This document shows positions 28,477 through 38,249 of a stretch of 64,000 nucleotides of DNA, piece by piece. Under the pieces are notes generated by a model that saw only the letters and a list, made by a program, of their open reading frames with translations, was not told where the DNA came from and did no database searches. The position numbers and the translations under genes were made by a program. Origin of the DNA: Alphaproteobacteria bacterium (GTDB lineage Bacteria > Pseudomonadota > Alphaproteobacteria > MPNO01); assembly GCA_965248835.1 (NCBI GenBank), contig CBDFLJ010000001.1, forward strand, positions 1,696,001 through 1,760,000. The letters are read 5' to 3'. Positions within the stretch are counted from its first letter, which is position 1, and every line of letters begins with the position of its first letter.

Positions 28477-29502
28477 ATGAGCTATACCGTCAAGATTGCC
28501 CAATGGGACTCCCCGATAGAGGTCGAGCTCGGCCAGACCATTCTGGACGCCGCGCTGGCGGCCGGCGTGCCTTACCCGCACGGCTGCCGGTCGGGCAATT
28601 GCGGCGCCTGCAAGTCGCGGCTGATCAGCGGCGATGTCGAGATGTCGCCGTTTTCCGAATTCGCCTTGGACGAGGCGGAGCGCGAGTCCGGCCTGGTGCT
28701 CGCCTGCCGCTCGGTCCCGTGGGAGGACGCCGAAATCGCCTGGCTCGGCGAAGAGGAGATCACCGCCCATCCGATCCGGCACATGACCGGCCGGGTCGTG
28801 CGGATCGAGCCGATGACCTGGGACATACTCGGCGCGCGGCTCGCGATCGAGACCGGCGGCCCGTTTGTCTTCTCGGCCGGGCAGTACTGCCGGGTGCAGT
28901 TCGCCGGGCTGCCCGAGCGCGACTTCTCGATGGCCAACCTGCCCGACGATCCGCTGATCGAGTTCCACATCCGCCATGTGCCCGGCGGCGCGGTCAGCGC
29001 CTATGTCGCCGAGACCCTGGCGCCCGGCGAGGCGGTCCGCTTGCAAGGGCCGTTCGGCACATCCTGGCTGCGCGAGGCGCACCGCGGGCCGATCTATGCG
29101 CTGGCCGGCGGCTCGGGCCTGGCCCCGGTGAAGTCGATCGTCGAGCACGCCCTGGCCGGCGGCGCCGCCCAGGACATCTTCCTCTATTTCGGTGTCAGGG
29201 ACGAACGCGACCTCTATCTCGAAGACCATTTTTCCAAGCTTGCCGCCGCCCACCCCAATCTGCACTTTGTCCCGGTGTTGTCGGAGCCCGAAGCGCCGAC
29301 CGCGCGGCGGACGGGGTTCCTGCATGAAGCGCTCGATGCCGATGTTGCGGATTTCGACGGCTGCAAGGCCTATATCGCCGGGCCGCCCGTGATGGTCGAG
29401 GCCGCGACGCGGCTTCTGACCGAGCGCGGCATGCGGCGCGGCGATGTCCACGCCGATGCGTTCTATACCGAGGCCGAGAAGGCCGGGCAGGAGGGCAGTT
29501 GA
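28477..29502 (+). CDS. 2Fe-2S/FAD/NAD(P)H oxidoreductase (oxygenase reductase with N-terminal ferredoxin)
   Basis: CRSGNCGACK..LAC ferredoxin, RDFSMAN, GPFG, AGGSGLAP, YIAGPPVMV. Confidence 0.92.
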   Translation: MSYTVKIAQWDSPIEVELGQTILDAALAAGVPYPHGCRSGNCGACKSRLISGDVEMSPFSEFALDEAERESGLVLACRSVPWEDAEIAWLGEEEITAHPIRHMTGRVVRIEPMTWDILGARLAIETGGPFVFSAGQYCRVQFAGLPERDFSMANLPDDPLIEFHIRHVPGGAVSAYVAETLAPGEAVRLQGPFGTSWLREAHRGPIYALAGGSGLAPVKSIVEHALAGGAAQDIFLYFGVRDERDLYLEDHFSKLAAAHPNLHFVPVLSEPEAPTARRTGFLHEALDADVADFDGCKAYIAGPPVMVEAATRLLTERGMRRGDVHADAFYTEAEKAGQEGS

Positions 29503-30452
29503 TGGCCGACGGGGGCGCGCTCCAGGGCCGGGTTGCGATCGTCACCGGCGGTGCGCGCGGCATCGGGGCTGCGATTTCCGCGCTGCTGGTTGCGCGCGGG
29601 GCCGCGGTGGTGGTCGCCGATAACGGGGCGGCGATCGACGGAAGCGACCCCGACCCGGCGGTTGCGCGGGACTTCGCGGCCGGGCTGGGCGCGCGCGCCG
29701 CGGCCCACGCCGCGAACATGGCCAGCCCCGAGGCCGCGGCTTCTGCCGTTGCCATGGCGCGCGAGACCTTCGGCGGCATCGATATCGTGATCAACAACGC
29801 TGCCATCCTGCGCGATGCCCTGGTGTTCCGCGGCACGGCGGAGGATTGGGACGCCGTGATCGGCAACAACCTGTCCGGCGCCTTCTACCTGACCGCTTGC
29901 GCTGCCGCGGTGATGCGCGATCAGGCCAAGGCGGGCCGCGGCGGCGGCGAGGCCTACGATTGGGGCCGCGTCGTCAACCTGGTCTCCACCGCGGCCTATA
30001 TCGGCAATTACGGTCAGGCCTCCTATGCCAGCGCCAAGGGCGGGCTGACCGCTTTGATGCGGATCACCGCGCTCGACATGGCGCGCACCGGGGTGACCTG
30101 CAACGCGGTCGCCCCGTTCGCCCATACGCGGGTGACCGAGATGATCAAGCCGGCCAACGACACGCAGGCGGCCTACAAGGAGCGCGGGCTGAAGGTGCCG
30201 GCCGAGCATGTCGCGCGGCTGGTCGGCTATCTGTGCTCGCCCGCCGCGCAGTCGGTCACCGGACAGATCTTCGGCGTGCGCGGACGCGAGGTCTTCGTCT
30301 TCTCCCAGCCGCGTCCGGCCGCGCGCGTGATCGCCGAAGGCGCCGCGTGGCAGGACGATGCGCTGGCCGATGCGGTCGAGGCCGGGCTGCGGGCGCATTT
30401 CGCACCGCTGGAGACCGATCTGGAGGTCTTCAACACCGAACCCTATGTCTGA
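29502..30452 (+). CDS. Short-chain dehydrogenase/reductase (MFE-2 hydroxyacyl-CoA dehydrogenase-like)
   Basis: TGGARGIG, NNAAILRD, GNYGQASYASAK. Confidence 0.9.
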   Translation: MADGGALQGRVAIVTGGARGIGAAISALLVARGAAVVVADNGAAIDGSDPDPAVARDFAAGLGARAAAHAANMASPEAAASAVAMARETFGGIDIVINNAAILRDALVFRGTAEDWDAVIGNNLSGAFYLTACAAAVMRDQAKAGRGGGEAYDWGRVVNLVSTAAYIGNYGQASYASAKGGLTALMRITALDMARTGVTCNAVAPFAHTRVTEMIKPANDTQAAYKERGLKVPAEHVARLVGYLCSPAAQSVTGQIFGVRGREVFVFSQPRPAARVIAEGAAWQDDALADAVEAGLRAHFAPLETDLEVFNTEPYV

Positions 30453-30462
30453 GGAGGCCGGC

Positions 30463-31185
30463 ATGGCCGATAGCCAGAAGTTCGAGGTCAAAACGGTCGA
30501 GGCGTTTCAGCACCAGCCCGAGGAGTACAAGCTGGCGGTGCGCAAGATCGTTCAGAGCCACGCGGTCAACGAACTCTACGGCTCGCAGGTGTTCGACGAG
30601 CCGGCGATCGCGCTGGCGCCGACGCCGTACGCCAAATGGCTGACCTGCCGGGTGGCGATGGAGGAATACGGCCACCATGTCCGCTTCGCCGAGCTCGGCG
30701 AGGCCATCGGCATCGCCGCCCACGACCTGGTGCCGCGCAAGGGCGGCAAGCGCCCGCTCAGCGTCTTCGAATTCGAGATGAAGACCTGGATCGAGTTCTG
30801 CGTGATCAAGGCGCTTGGCGATCTGGCGGAGATCCTCCAGGTCGAGGACCTGCTGCACTGCTCGTTCCACCCGTTGCGCAACCTGGCGCGCATGACCATG
30901 CCGGAGGAGCGCTTCCACGCCCAGTTCGGCGAGGATTTCTGCACCGACCTGATCGCCGACGACGGCGCCCGCGATGCGATCCAGGCGGCGGTCGAGCGCG
31001 TCTTTCCGTTGATGACCCCGTTCTTCGGCGCCGCCGGGTCGCGCAACAACGCGATGTTCCGCAAGTGGGGCATCAAGCTGCGCACCAACGAGGAGATGCG
31101 CGAGGACTATATCAACCGGGCGCGGACCCTGATCGAAGACAAGTTGGGGCTGTCCTTGCCCGACCCGGCCCAGGCCGCCGCCTGA
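30463..31185 (+). CDS. Ferritin-like diiron protein, PaaA/BoxB-like ring epoxidase catalytic subunit family
   Basis: AVNE, APT, EEYGH, LGDLA, EERFH ligand pattern; WGIKLRTNEEMR resembles the PaaA C-terminal segment. GAGGAGG RBS. Confidence 0.8.
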   Translation: MADSQKFEVKTVEAFQHQPEEYKLAVRKIVQSHAVNELYGSQVFDEPAIALAPTPYAKWLTCRVAMEEYGHHVRFAELGEAIGIAAHDLVPRKGGKRPLSVFEFEMKTWIEFCVIKALGDLAEILQVEDLLHCSFHPLRNLARMTMPEERFHAQFGEDFCTDLIADDGARDAIQAAVERVFPLMTPFFGAAGSRNNAMFRKWGIKLRTNEEMREDYINRARTLIEDKLGLSLPDPAQAAA

Positions 31186-31191
31186 GCCTCG

Positions 31192-31737
31192 GTGCCCGCA
31201 GCGCTCACCGTCGCCGGGCTTGCCCGCCGGATTCCCGACATGGCTTGGTTCGGCGCGCTCGGCGAGGCGCTGGGCGAGGCCGAGCGGTCCGAAGCGGCGC
31301 TCTATCTCGCCGGGCTCGGCCGCTTCGGTCATGCGATCACACCGGTCGCGGATTGGCCGGCAGCCCGCGCCGCATCGACGGACCCCGCCTGGGACCCGGC
31401 GTGGTGGGACGACGAGGACGAAGCCCGGCGTGCTTTGCAGACCGCCGCCGAGGGCGCGCTGGATTCCGCCGCGCTGCACCGGTCGCTTACCGCCGTCACC
31501 GAGGCCGCGCGGCTTGTCATCGAAGGGGCGGCCTGTCGGGCCGCAAGCCGGGCCGGTCATCGCGATACCGGGCTGGTCAAGGCGGCTGCCGGTGCGGCGA
31601 GCCTCGCCTGCTTCCAGGCCGGGCTCGTCCTTCTCGCCGGGGCCGGAGACGACCACCCGCTGATGGCGAAGTTCCGCCTGTTCGAATGCGGGCGGTGGCC
31701 TTTGGCCGTCATTGGCAATAGGTTCTACCTCTTCTGA
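31192..31737 (+). CDS. Hypothetical protein
   Basis: Fills the operon gap; Trp-rich (WDPAWWDDE) with C-terminal HPLMAKFRLFECGRWPL..FYLF. Function unknown. Confidence 0.65.
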   Translation: MPAALTVAGLARRIPDMAWFGALGEALGEAERSEAALYLAGLGRFGHAITPVADWPAARAASTDPAWDPAWWDDEDEARRALQTAAEGALDSAALHRSLTAVTEAARLVIEGAACRAASRAGHRDTGLVKAAAGAASLACFQAGLVLLAGAGDDHPLMAKFRLFECGRWPLAVIGNRFYLF

Positions 31738-31787
31738 GCCGGCCGGGACTCCGCGCACCCTCGCCCGGTGCCGAGAGGATCGTCGTG

Positions 31788-32240
31788 ATGAGCGGTACCG
31801 CGATCGAGATGAGCACGCTGACCGAGCTCTTGGGCTATCATCTGCGCTGCGCCCATGTCGCGGTCTTCCAGCACTTCAACCGGACCCTCGGAGCCCACGA
31901 CATCTCGCCGCCTCAGTTCGGCACGCTGTTGCTGATCGAGGCGAATCCGGGCGTGAGCCAGAGCGCGGTCGCCGAGGCGCTGCGCTTCGACCGCTCGACC
32001 CTGGTGCAGATCATCGACCGGCTCGAGACCCGAGACCTGGTCCGCCGCGAGCCGTCCGCCCAGGACCGCCGCAGCCACGCGCTGGTCTTGACCGAGACCG
32101 GGGCTGCGCTGCTGGCCGAACTCAAGGCGCTGTCCGACGAGCACGAAGCCGCCGTCGCCCAGCCGCTCAGCGATGCCGAACGCACCACCCTGATGACCCT
32201 GCTCGACCGGCTGCACACCCCGGGCCCGGGGCGCGGATAG
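31788..32240 (+). CDS. MarR family transcriptional regulator
   Basis: LGYHLR, ISPPQF..L..I..NPGVSQ, DRSTLVQIIDRLE, DRRS..L.LTETG. Confidence 0.93.
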   Translation: MSGTAIEMSTLTELLGYHLRCAHVAVFQHFNRTLGAHDISPPQFGTLLLIEANPGVSQSAVAEALRFDRSTLVQIIDRLETRDLVRREPSAQDRRSHALVLTETGAALLAELKALSDEHEAAVAQPLSDAERTTLMTLLDRLHTPGPGRG

Positions 32241-32243
32241 GGC

Positions 32244-33887
32244 CTAAAGGCCGGGCAGCGGATCGCGCGAGAAGTCGTAGCCCTGCTTGGTGATGACCTC
32301 GACCAGGAAAGGGGCGCCGCCGCGCGTGGTCTCGATGGCCTCGTGCAGGGCGGGGACGATGGCATCGGGTGTCTCGACCCGGCGTGCGGCAACGCCGAGC
32401 CCTTCGGCGACCTTGGTGTAGTTGCCGCCGACGGTGAGCGCGCCGTACTTGGCTGTCGAGGTCACCAGCACGTCGCGCTCGGCGGCCATCACGCCGTTGT
32501 TGAAGACGATTGTCAGGATCGCGATCCCGTTGCGGGCAGCGGTCTCGATGTCCATGCCGGTCATGCCGATGGCCGCATCGCCCATGATGTTGATGCACAG
32601 CTTGTCGGGTGCCGCCAGCTTCGCGCCCATGTTGAGGCCGAGCCCGTAGCCGAGCTGGGTCGATTTGCCCCAGCCGAGATAGGAGCCCGGCGCGGTCGCC
32701 TCCCAGAACGGCAGGAGCTGCTCGCGCGGGCTGCCCGAGTCGTGGGTGATGATGGTCTGGTCGCGGTCGACGGTGGCCATCAGGTCGCGGATCACCCGGT
32801 AAGGGTTGATCGGCACCTCGTCGGAGTCGCGCTCGGGCGCCCAGTCTTCGAGCCAGCCCTTCTTCGAGGCCGCGACGGCGTCCTTCAGGGTCTGCAGCGA
32901 CCGGCCGGCGCCGGCCTGGCGGCCGATCTCCGCGATCAGCGCCTCAAGCACCAGCCGGGCATCGCCGATCAGCGCGTGGTCCGCCCGATAGTCCTTGTTG
33001 ATGTCTCCGGCGTCGTTGGTCGAATGGATGACCCGCTTGCCGGGCGGCAGGTTGGGTCCGAACGGGGTGATGGTCAGGCTGGAACCGACGGCGAAGACGA
33101 GATCGGCTCGGGCCATGAACTCGACCAGCATGCGCGGGCGGGAGCGTGTGCTGGCGCCGAGCGCGAGCGGGTGGTTTTCGGGGAAAGCACTCTTGCCCGG
33201 GTTGGTGGTCAGCACCGGCGCCGGCAGCAGCTCCGCCAGCGCGGCGAGCTGGTCGCTCGCCCCGGCATAGAGCACGCCCTGGCCGGCCCACAGGATCGGG
33301 TTTTCGGCCGCGCACAACATGCGCGCGGCCTCGGCGACCGCCGCCGGGTCGGGTGCGGTTCGCAACGGCACCACCGGCTGGTAGTCGATCTCGCCCGTGT
33401 GCTCGGCCTCCCAGACCTCGGCCGGGATCTCCAGCAGCACCGGTCCACCCTTGCCGGTGCGCATCGCGTGGTAGGCGCGCCGCAGCATCTCGGGCAGCGC
33501 GTCGACCGAATGGACCCGCGCGGACCATTTGGTGACCGGCGCGAAGACCTCCGCGGCGCTGAAGACGGGATGGCGGTATTGCCGCGACAGCGGCTGGCCC
33601 GCCGGCAGGATCAGGAGCGGCACGTTCTCGCTGAAGGCCTGGGCCACGCCCGGGAAGGCGTTCTCGATCCCCGGGCCGGCCTGGGCGGCGAAGACGCCGT
33701 TGGAACGGCCGCGGCGCACCCGGCTGAAGCCGTCGGCCATGCCGACGCCGACGCGCTCCTGGCGGCACAGGATCGGCCGGATGTCGAGCGCCGCACAGGC
33801 CTCGATCAGCGGGTTGCGCGGATAGCAGGCGAGGAACTCCGTCCCCTCGCGCTCGAGGATCCGGGCAATGACATCGGCTCCGTTCAT
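32244..33887 (-). CDS. Thiamine pyrophosphate-dependent enzyme (acetolactate synthase/decarboxylase-like)
   Basis: RQERVGVGMADG, GPGIEN, GDAAIGM...NNG TPP-binding motif. Start at MNGADV. Confidence 0.92.
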   Translation of the reverse strand: MNGADVIARILEREGTEFLACYPRNPLIEACAALDIRPILCRQERVGVGMADGFSRVRRGRSNGVFAAQAGPGIENAFPGVAQAFSENVPLLILPAGQPLSRQYRHPVFSAAEVFAPVTKWSARVHSVDALPEMLRRAYHAMRTGKGGPVLLEIPAEVWEAEHTGEIDYQPVVPLRTAPDPAAVAEAARMLCAAENPILWAGQGVLYAGASDQLAALAELLPAPVLTTNPGKSAFPENHPLALGASTRSRPRMLVEFMARADLVFAVGSSLTITPFGPNLPPGKRVIHSTNDAGDINKDYRADHALIGDARLVLEALIAEIGRQAGAGRSLQTLKDAVAASKKGWLEDWAPERDSDEVPINPYRVIRDLMATVDRDQTIITHDSGSPREQLLPFWEATAPGSYLGWGKSTQLGYGLGLNMGAKLAAPDKLCINIMGDAAIGMTGMDIETAARNGIAILTIVFNNGVMAAERDVLVTSTAKYGALTVGGNYTKVAEGLGVAARRVETPDAIVPALHEAIETTRGGAPFLVEVITKQGYDFSRDPLPGL

Positions 33888-33983
33888 GGCAGGGCTCCTC
33901 CCGGCATCATGGTGGCCCGGGCCGGGCGGTGGCGCAAGCAACCGCGCCTTGCCCTGCGCCGTCCGAGCATGGCCCGGGCGAGC

Positions 33984-34859
33984 CTAGAGGACGATCCACA
34001 AGACGAAGGGAATGAAGCCGAAGGCGAGCAGCGTCGACATCAGCACCATGCCGGCGACCACCTCGGGCGAGCGGCCGTAGCGTTGGGCAAAGATGTAGTT
34101 GTGGATCGCCACCGGCATCGAGCACTGCAGCACCAGGACGCCGCGGGCGGCCCCGGTCATGCCGAAAAGCTCGGCCAGCGCGAGTCCGACGCACAGCCCG
34201 ATCGCCAGCTCCAGCGCCGACAGCGCCAGCGCGCGGCGGTAGCCGGCCACCCGCAACTTTGAGATCGCAACGCCGAGCGAGATGAGCATCAGCGGGATCG
34301 CCATCCCCGAGACGATCTCGACCGTGTTCGACAACCAGACCGGCGGCTTGGTCCCGGTGGCCATGAACACCACCGAGATCAGAATCACGTAGGCCAGCGG
34401 GTTGCGCAGCAGCGCCTCGGTCGCGGTGGCCCCGGCATAGATCCCGCGGCCCAGCGTGAGGCCGCTGAGCGAGGCGATGACGAAGGCGCAGATGCCGAAG
34501 CTGAGCCCGGCCTCGCCGAAGGCGAACAGGCATATCGGCAGGCCCAGATTGCCGGAATTGCGGAAGGTCAGCACCGGCACGAAGGCCCGCATGTCCAGGC
34601 CGAGAATCCTGGTCAGCCCGATGGCGATCGCGAGGAAGCAGGCAAGCGCGAGCGTGTAGGCGCCGGCCATCTCGACGAAGGCATCGATCGAGACATCGAG
34701 CCGCGTCAGCGTGGAGAAGATCAAGCAGGGCACGCCGAGATGGAGCGCCAGACCGGTCATCATCTCGGCGTCGAACGGCCGGTCCAGCCGCCCCCAGACG
34801 TAGCCGATGCCCGCGCAGACGAACAGCGGCGCAACGACGGAAAGGATCTCGGCAATCAC
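33984..34859 (-). CDS. AEC (auxin efflux carrier) family transporter
   Basis: PCLIFS, NSGNLGLPI, NPL, IPLMLISLG, MPVA, VAGMVLMST. Confidence 0.9.
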   Translation of the reverse strand: MIAEILSVVAPLFVCAGIGYVWGRLDRPFDAEMMTGLALHLGVPCLIFSTLTRLDVSIDAFVEMAGAYTLALACFLAIAIGLTRILGLDMRAFVPVLTFRNSGNLGLPICLFAFGEAGLSFGICAFVIASLSGLTLGRGIYAGATATEALLRNPLAYVILISVVFMATGTKPPVWLSNTVEIVSGMAIPLMLISLGVAISKLRVAGYRRALALSALELAIGLCVGLALAELFGMTGAARGVLVLQCSMPVAIHNYIFAQRYGRSPEVVAGMVLMSTLLAFGFIPFVLWIVL

Positions 34860-34971
34860 GGGGCGATAAACGGCTTCTCGAAAGGGCTATCGCTTCGAGG
34901 CCCAGTCTAACCGGGCGCCGCGGCCAGGGTAAGGCAGGCAGGCGTGCGTCCAAAGGGAGCACCCGCCGCCG

Positions 34972-35162
34972 CCGTCCGGCGAGCCATGCCAGGGCTTCAC
35001 GTCGATGCTGAAGGGCGAGAAGCCGCAGTCGTCGGTCGAGCCCGGCCGCTCCTTCGGGATGTATTTCGACGCCAGCATCAGATCCTCGCAGACCTGCTCC
35101 GCGGTCTCCACGCGGGGGTTCTGCGGGTTGATCACACCGACGAAGAAGACCTGGGGCACGGG
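34972..35162 (-). pseudogene. C-terminal fragment of a MetE-like (cobalamin-independent methionine synthase II) gene
   Basis: QVFFVGVINPQNPRVETAEQVCEDLMLASKYIPKERPGSTDDCGFSPFS in an intergenic gap, with no N-terminal part. Confidence 0.68.
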
Positions 35163-35319
35163 TTGCGCGGGTCGTTCGTTTGGCCAAAGGACTCTCGGCC
35201 AACCGGCCGGATTTCCCGGCTGCGTGGGTACCGGCGCCTCGCATCGTCGCGTCAACCGATTTGTCGCCGCCGCCGGCCATCGCTTGAATGGCCGGTGCCG
35301 GTTCTCCATCCTGGTTTGC

Positions 35320-37596
35320 ATGAGGGGGTGGCGCTTCGTGGTTGGGATCGTTTCGGCCCTGGTCGGCGCCGGCATCGCCGGATGTGCCGTGCTGAGCCCG
35401 CTGCCGCACCCGTCCTCGCTCGCCGAGCGCCTGGCCGCCATCCCGCTCGACGGCGCGCCGGTCAAGGGCAGGCTCGCGATCCACTGGAACGACCATGCGG
35501 TGCCGTTCGTCGAGGCCGAGGACGATGTCGACGCCGCTTTCGGGCTCGGGCTGGTGCATGCGCATTTGCGGCTCGGCCAGATGGAGATCTTCAGACGCAT
35601 CAGCCAGGGCCGGATTTCGGAGATGGGCGGCCCGCCGGCGACCGACCTGGACCACGCGCTGCGAATCCTCGATTTCGGCCGCGCGGCCGGCGAGATCGAG
35701 GCCGGTCTGCCCGCAGCCACCCGGGCCTGGCTGGAAGGGTTCGTCGCGGGCATCAACCACTATCAGAGCAAGGTCGCCGACCTGCCGGCGGAGTTCGCGA
35801 TCCTCGCCATGAACCGCGAGCCTTGGACGGTTCGCGACGTGCTGACATTCGGCCGGCTCGGCGGGACCGACGTCAACTGGCTGGTCTGGTTTGGCGCCCT
35901 CAAGCTGCGCGACAGGCCGGATTGGCGCGAGATCTGGGCCCGGCTGCTGGCGACCGGCACCGCCTCGGTGCCGAGCTTCGACAGCGCGAAAGACCTCGCC
36001 GCGCTGGGCGGCCTGCTAGCCGGGCTCGGCAAGTCCGGCAGCAACGCGTTGGCGATCGCGCCGCAACGGTCCACGACCGGGGCGGCGATCATGGCGAGCG
36101 ATCCACATCTGGGCATCTTCGTCCCCAACGTGTGGCTCGCAGCCGGAGTCAAGTCTCCGGGATACAACGCCGTCGGGCTGATGGCGCCGGGCCTGCCGGT
36201 CTTCGCGATCGGGCGCAACCCGTGGATCGCCTGGGCCGGGACCAATTTGCGCGCGGCCTCTTCGGACCTGGTCGATCTTTCCGGCCTGCCGCCCTCGGCG
36301 ATCCGGCAGCGGACCGAGCGCATCGCGGTGCGCTGGTGGTTCGACCAAGACGTCACCGTGCGCGAGTCCGACTGGGGCCCGGTGCTGTCCGATGCCCCGC
36401 AGCTCGATCGGGGCACCGGCGGCGGGTTCGCCTTGCGCTGGACCGGGCACCGGCCGAGCGATGAGATCACCGCGATGATGCGGGTCAGCGCCGCGCGCGA
36501 TTTCGCGGGCTTCAAGGCGGCCTTCGAGACCTTCGCAGTCCCCGGCCAGAACATGCTCTACGCCGACAATGACGGCAATATCGGCCAGGTGACGGCGGTC
36601 TCGCTGCCCAGGCGCGACGGCGCGCCCGCCGATGTCGTCGTCGACCGCGCGACCAGCGATGCCGGTTGGGCCGCCCGCGTCGGCGTCGACGCGCTGCCGA
36701 GCATCGAGAATCCCAAGACCGGCTATCTGGTCTCGGCCAACAACCGGCCGGCCCGCTCCAAGGTGCCGCTGGGCTATTTCTTCTCGCCCGACGACCGGAT
36801 GATCCGGATGACCGAGATCCTGGAGCGCCGCCGCCTCGTGTCGCTCGAAGACGTCAAGGCGCTCCAGCAAGACACCGTGATGCCGTCCTCGGTGACGCTG
36901 CGCGCCCTCTATCTCGACCTGATCGCCGAGTCCGGGCTCGATGTCGCCAAGCCGGGCCGGGCCGAAATCGTCCGGCTGCTGCGCGAATGGGATGGCCGGC
37001 ACGACCCGGATTCGCGGGGTGCGGCCGCCTTCGAGGCGTTTCACAACACCTTCCTGCCGGCGTTCTACGACGCGCTGCTCGGCGGCGGCGAGGCCGCATC
37101 CTCCTATGCCGGGTTCGGCCGGATCCGGTCGCTGATCGTCGACGATGTCGCCCGCGCCGAGCGCGCGAGCCTGCCGCCGGTGCTGGAGACCGCGCTCGAT
37201 GCGGCGGCCGAGGCGGTCGAGAAGTATCCGCGCTGGGGCGACATGCACCGGCTGGTGCTGCGCCACCCGCTGTCGTTCATCCCGCTGATCGGCGGGCGGT
37301 TCGTCTTCGGCGAGTTCGCTGCCGGCGGCGGGGTCCAGACGCTGATGAAGACCGCGCACGACACCACCAGCGGGCGCCATCGGGTCAATTACGGCTCGAA
37401 CGCCCGGTTCGTGTCCGACATGCGGGACCTCGACCGCAACCATTTCGTCCTGCTCGGCGGCCAGGATGGCTGGTTCGCCTCCACCGCCTTTGTCGACCAG
37501 GTCCCGTTGTGGCGGGAAGGGCGCTATCTCGACTTGCCGCTGAGGATCGAGACAGTGCGCGCCGCGTTCACCCACAAGACCCGCTTCGAGCCCTGA
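35320..37596 (+). CDS. Penicillin acylase family Ntn-hydrolase, probable lipoprotein
   Basis: Lipobox-like IAGC, HAHLRLGQME, GSNA (beta-chain Ser), DPHL, SANN, WGDMH. Confidence 0.9.
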   Translation: MRGWRFVVGIVSALVGAGIAGCAVLSPLPHPSSLAERLAAIPLDGAPVKGRLAIHWNDHAVPFVEAEDDVDAAFGLGLVHAHLRLGQMEIFRRISQGRISEMGGPPATDLDHALRILDFGRAAGEIEAGLPAATRAWLEGFVAGINHYQSKVADLPAEFAILAMNREPWTVRDVLTFGRLGGTDVNWLVWFGALKLRDRPDWREIWARLLATGTASVPSFDSAKDLAALGGLLAGLGKSGSNALAIAPQRSTTGAAIMASDPHLGIFVPNVWLAAGVKSPGYNAVGLMAPGLPVFAIGRNPWIAWAGTNLRAASSDLVDLSGLPPSAIRQRTERIAVRWWFDQDVTVRESDWGPVLSDAPQLDRGTGGGFALRWTGHRPSDEITAMMRVSAARDFAGFKAAFETFAVPGQNMLYADNDGNIGQVTAVSLPRRDGAPADVVVDRATSDAGWAARVGVDALPSIENPKTGYLVSANNRPARSKVPLGYFFSPDDRMIRMTEILERRRLVSLEDVKALQQDTVMPSSVTLRALYLDLIAESGLDVAKPGRAEIVRLLREWDGRHDPDSRGAAAFEAFHNTFLPAFYDALLGGGEAASSYAGFGRIRSLIVDDVARAERASLPPVLETALDAAAEAVEKYPRWGDMHRLVLRHPLSFIPLIGGRFVFGEFAAGGGVQTLMKTAHDTTSGRHRVNYGSNARFVSDMRDLDRNHFVLLGGQDGWFASTAFVDQVPLWREGRYLDLPLRIETVRAAFTHKTRFEP

Positions 37597-37622
37597 AGGG
37601 GTCCGGCGCGCGGCAGGGAGCG

Positions 37623-38198
37623 ATGATGGTCAAGCTCGACAGGATCTATACACGCGGCGGCGACGGCGGCCAGACCTCGCTCGCCGACGGGACCCGGGTC
37701 GCCAAGCATTCGCCGCGCATCGCCGCCCAGGGCGACATCGATGAGGCGAACGCCGCGATCGGCGTCGCCCGGCTCCATGGCGCAGCCGGGCCGGCATCGG
37801 ACATGCTGATGCGGGCGCAGAACGATTTGTTCGATCTCGGTGCCGATGTGTCGACGCCCGGAGACGGCAGCGCGGACGGATCGGGCGCGCTGCGCATCCG
37901 CGCCGAACAGGTCGCGCGGCTCGAGGCCGAGATCGATTCGATCACCGCCGGGCTTGCCCCGCTGACCAGCTTCGTGCTGCGCGGCGGCAATCCGGAAGCG
38001 GCCCATTTGCACCATGCCTGCACGGTGGTCCGCCGCGCCGAGCGCGTGCTGGCGGCGCTTGCCGCCGCCGAGCCGGTCAACCCCGCCGCGCTCACCTACC
38101 TGAACCGGTTGTCGGACTTGCTCTTCGTCCTGGCGCGCACGGCCAATGACGGCGGGCGTGCCGACGTGCTGTGGCAGCCCGGCCTGACCCAGGGCTGA
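37623..38198 (+). CDS. pduO: ATP:cob(I)alamin adenosyltransferase, PduO type
   Basis: IYTRGGDGGQT, DEANA, QNDLFDLGAD, RRAER, YLNRLSDLLF. Confidence 0.93.
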   Translation: MMVKLDRIYTRGGDGGQTSLADGTRVAKHSPRIAAQGDIDEANAAIGVARLHGAAGPASDMLMRAQNDLFDLGADVSTPGDGSADGSGALRIRAEQVARLEAEIDSITAGLAPLTSFVLRGGNPEAAHLHHACTVVRRAERVLAALAAAEPVNPAALTYLNRLSDLLFVLARTANDGGRADVLWQPGLTQG

Positions 38199-38249
38199 GC
38201 GCTTGCCGCCGCCGGCCGGTTCCCCGCCGCCGGAAAACCGCGCATCTCT

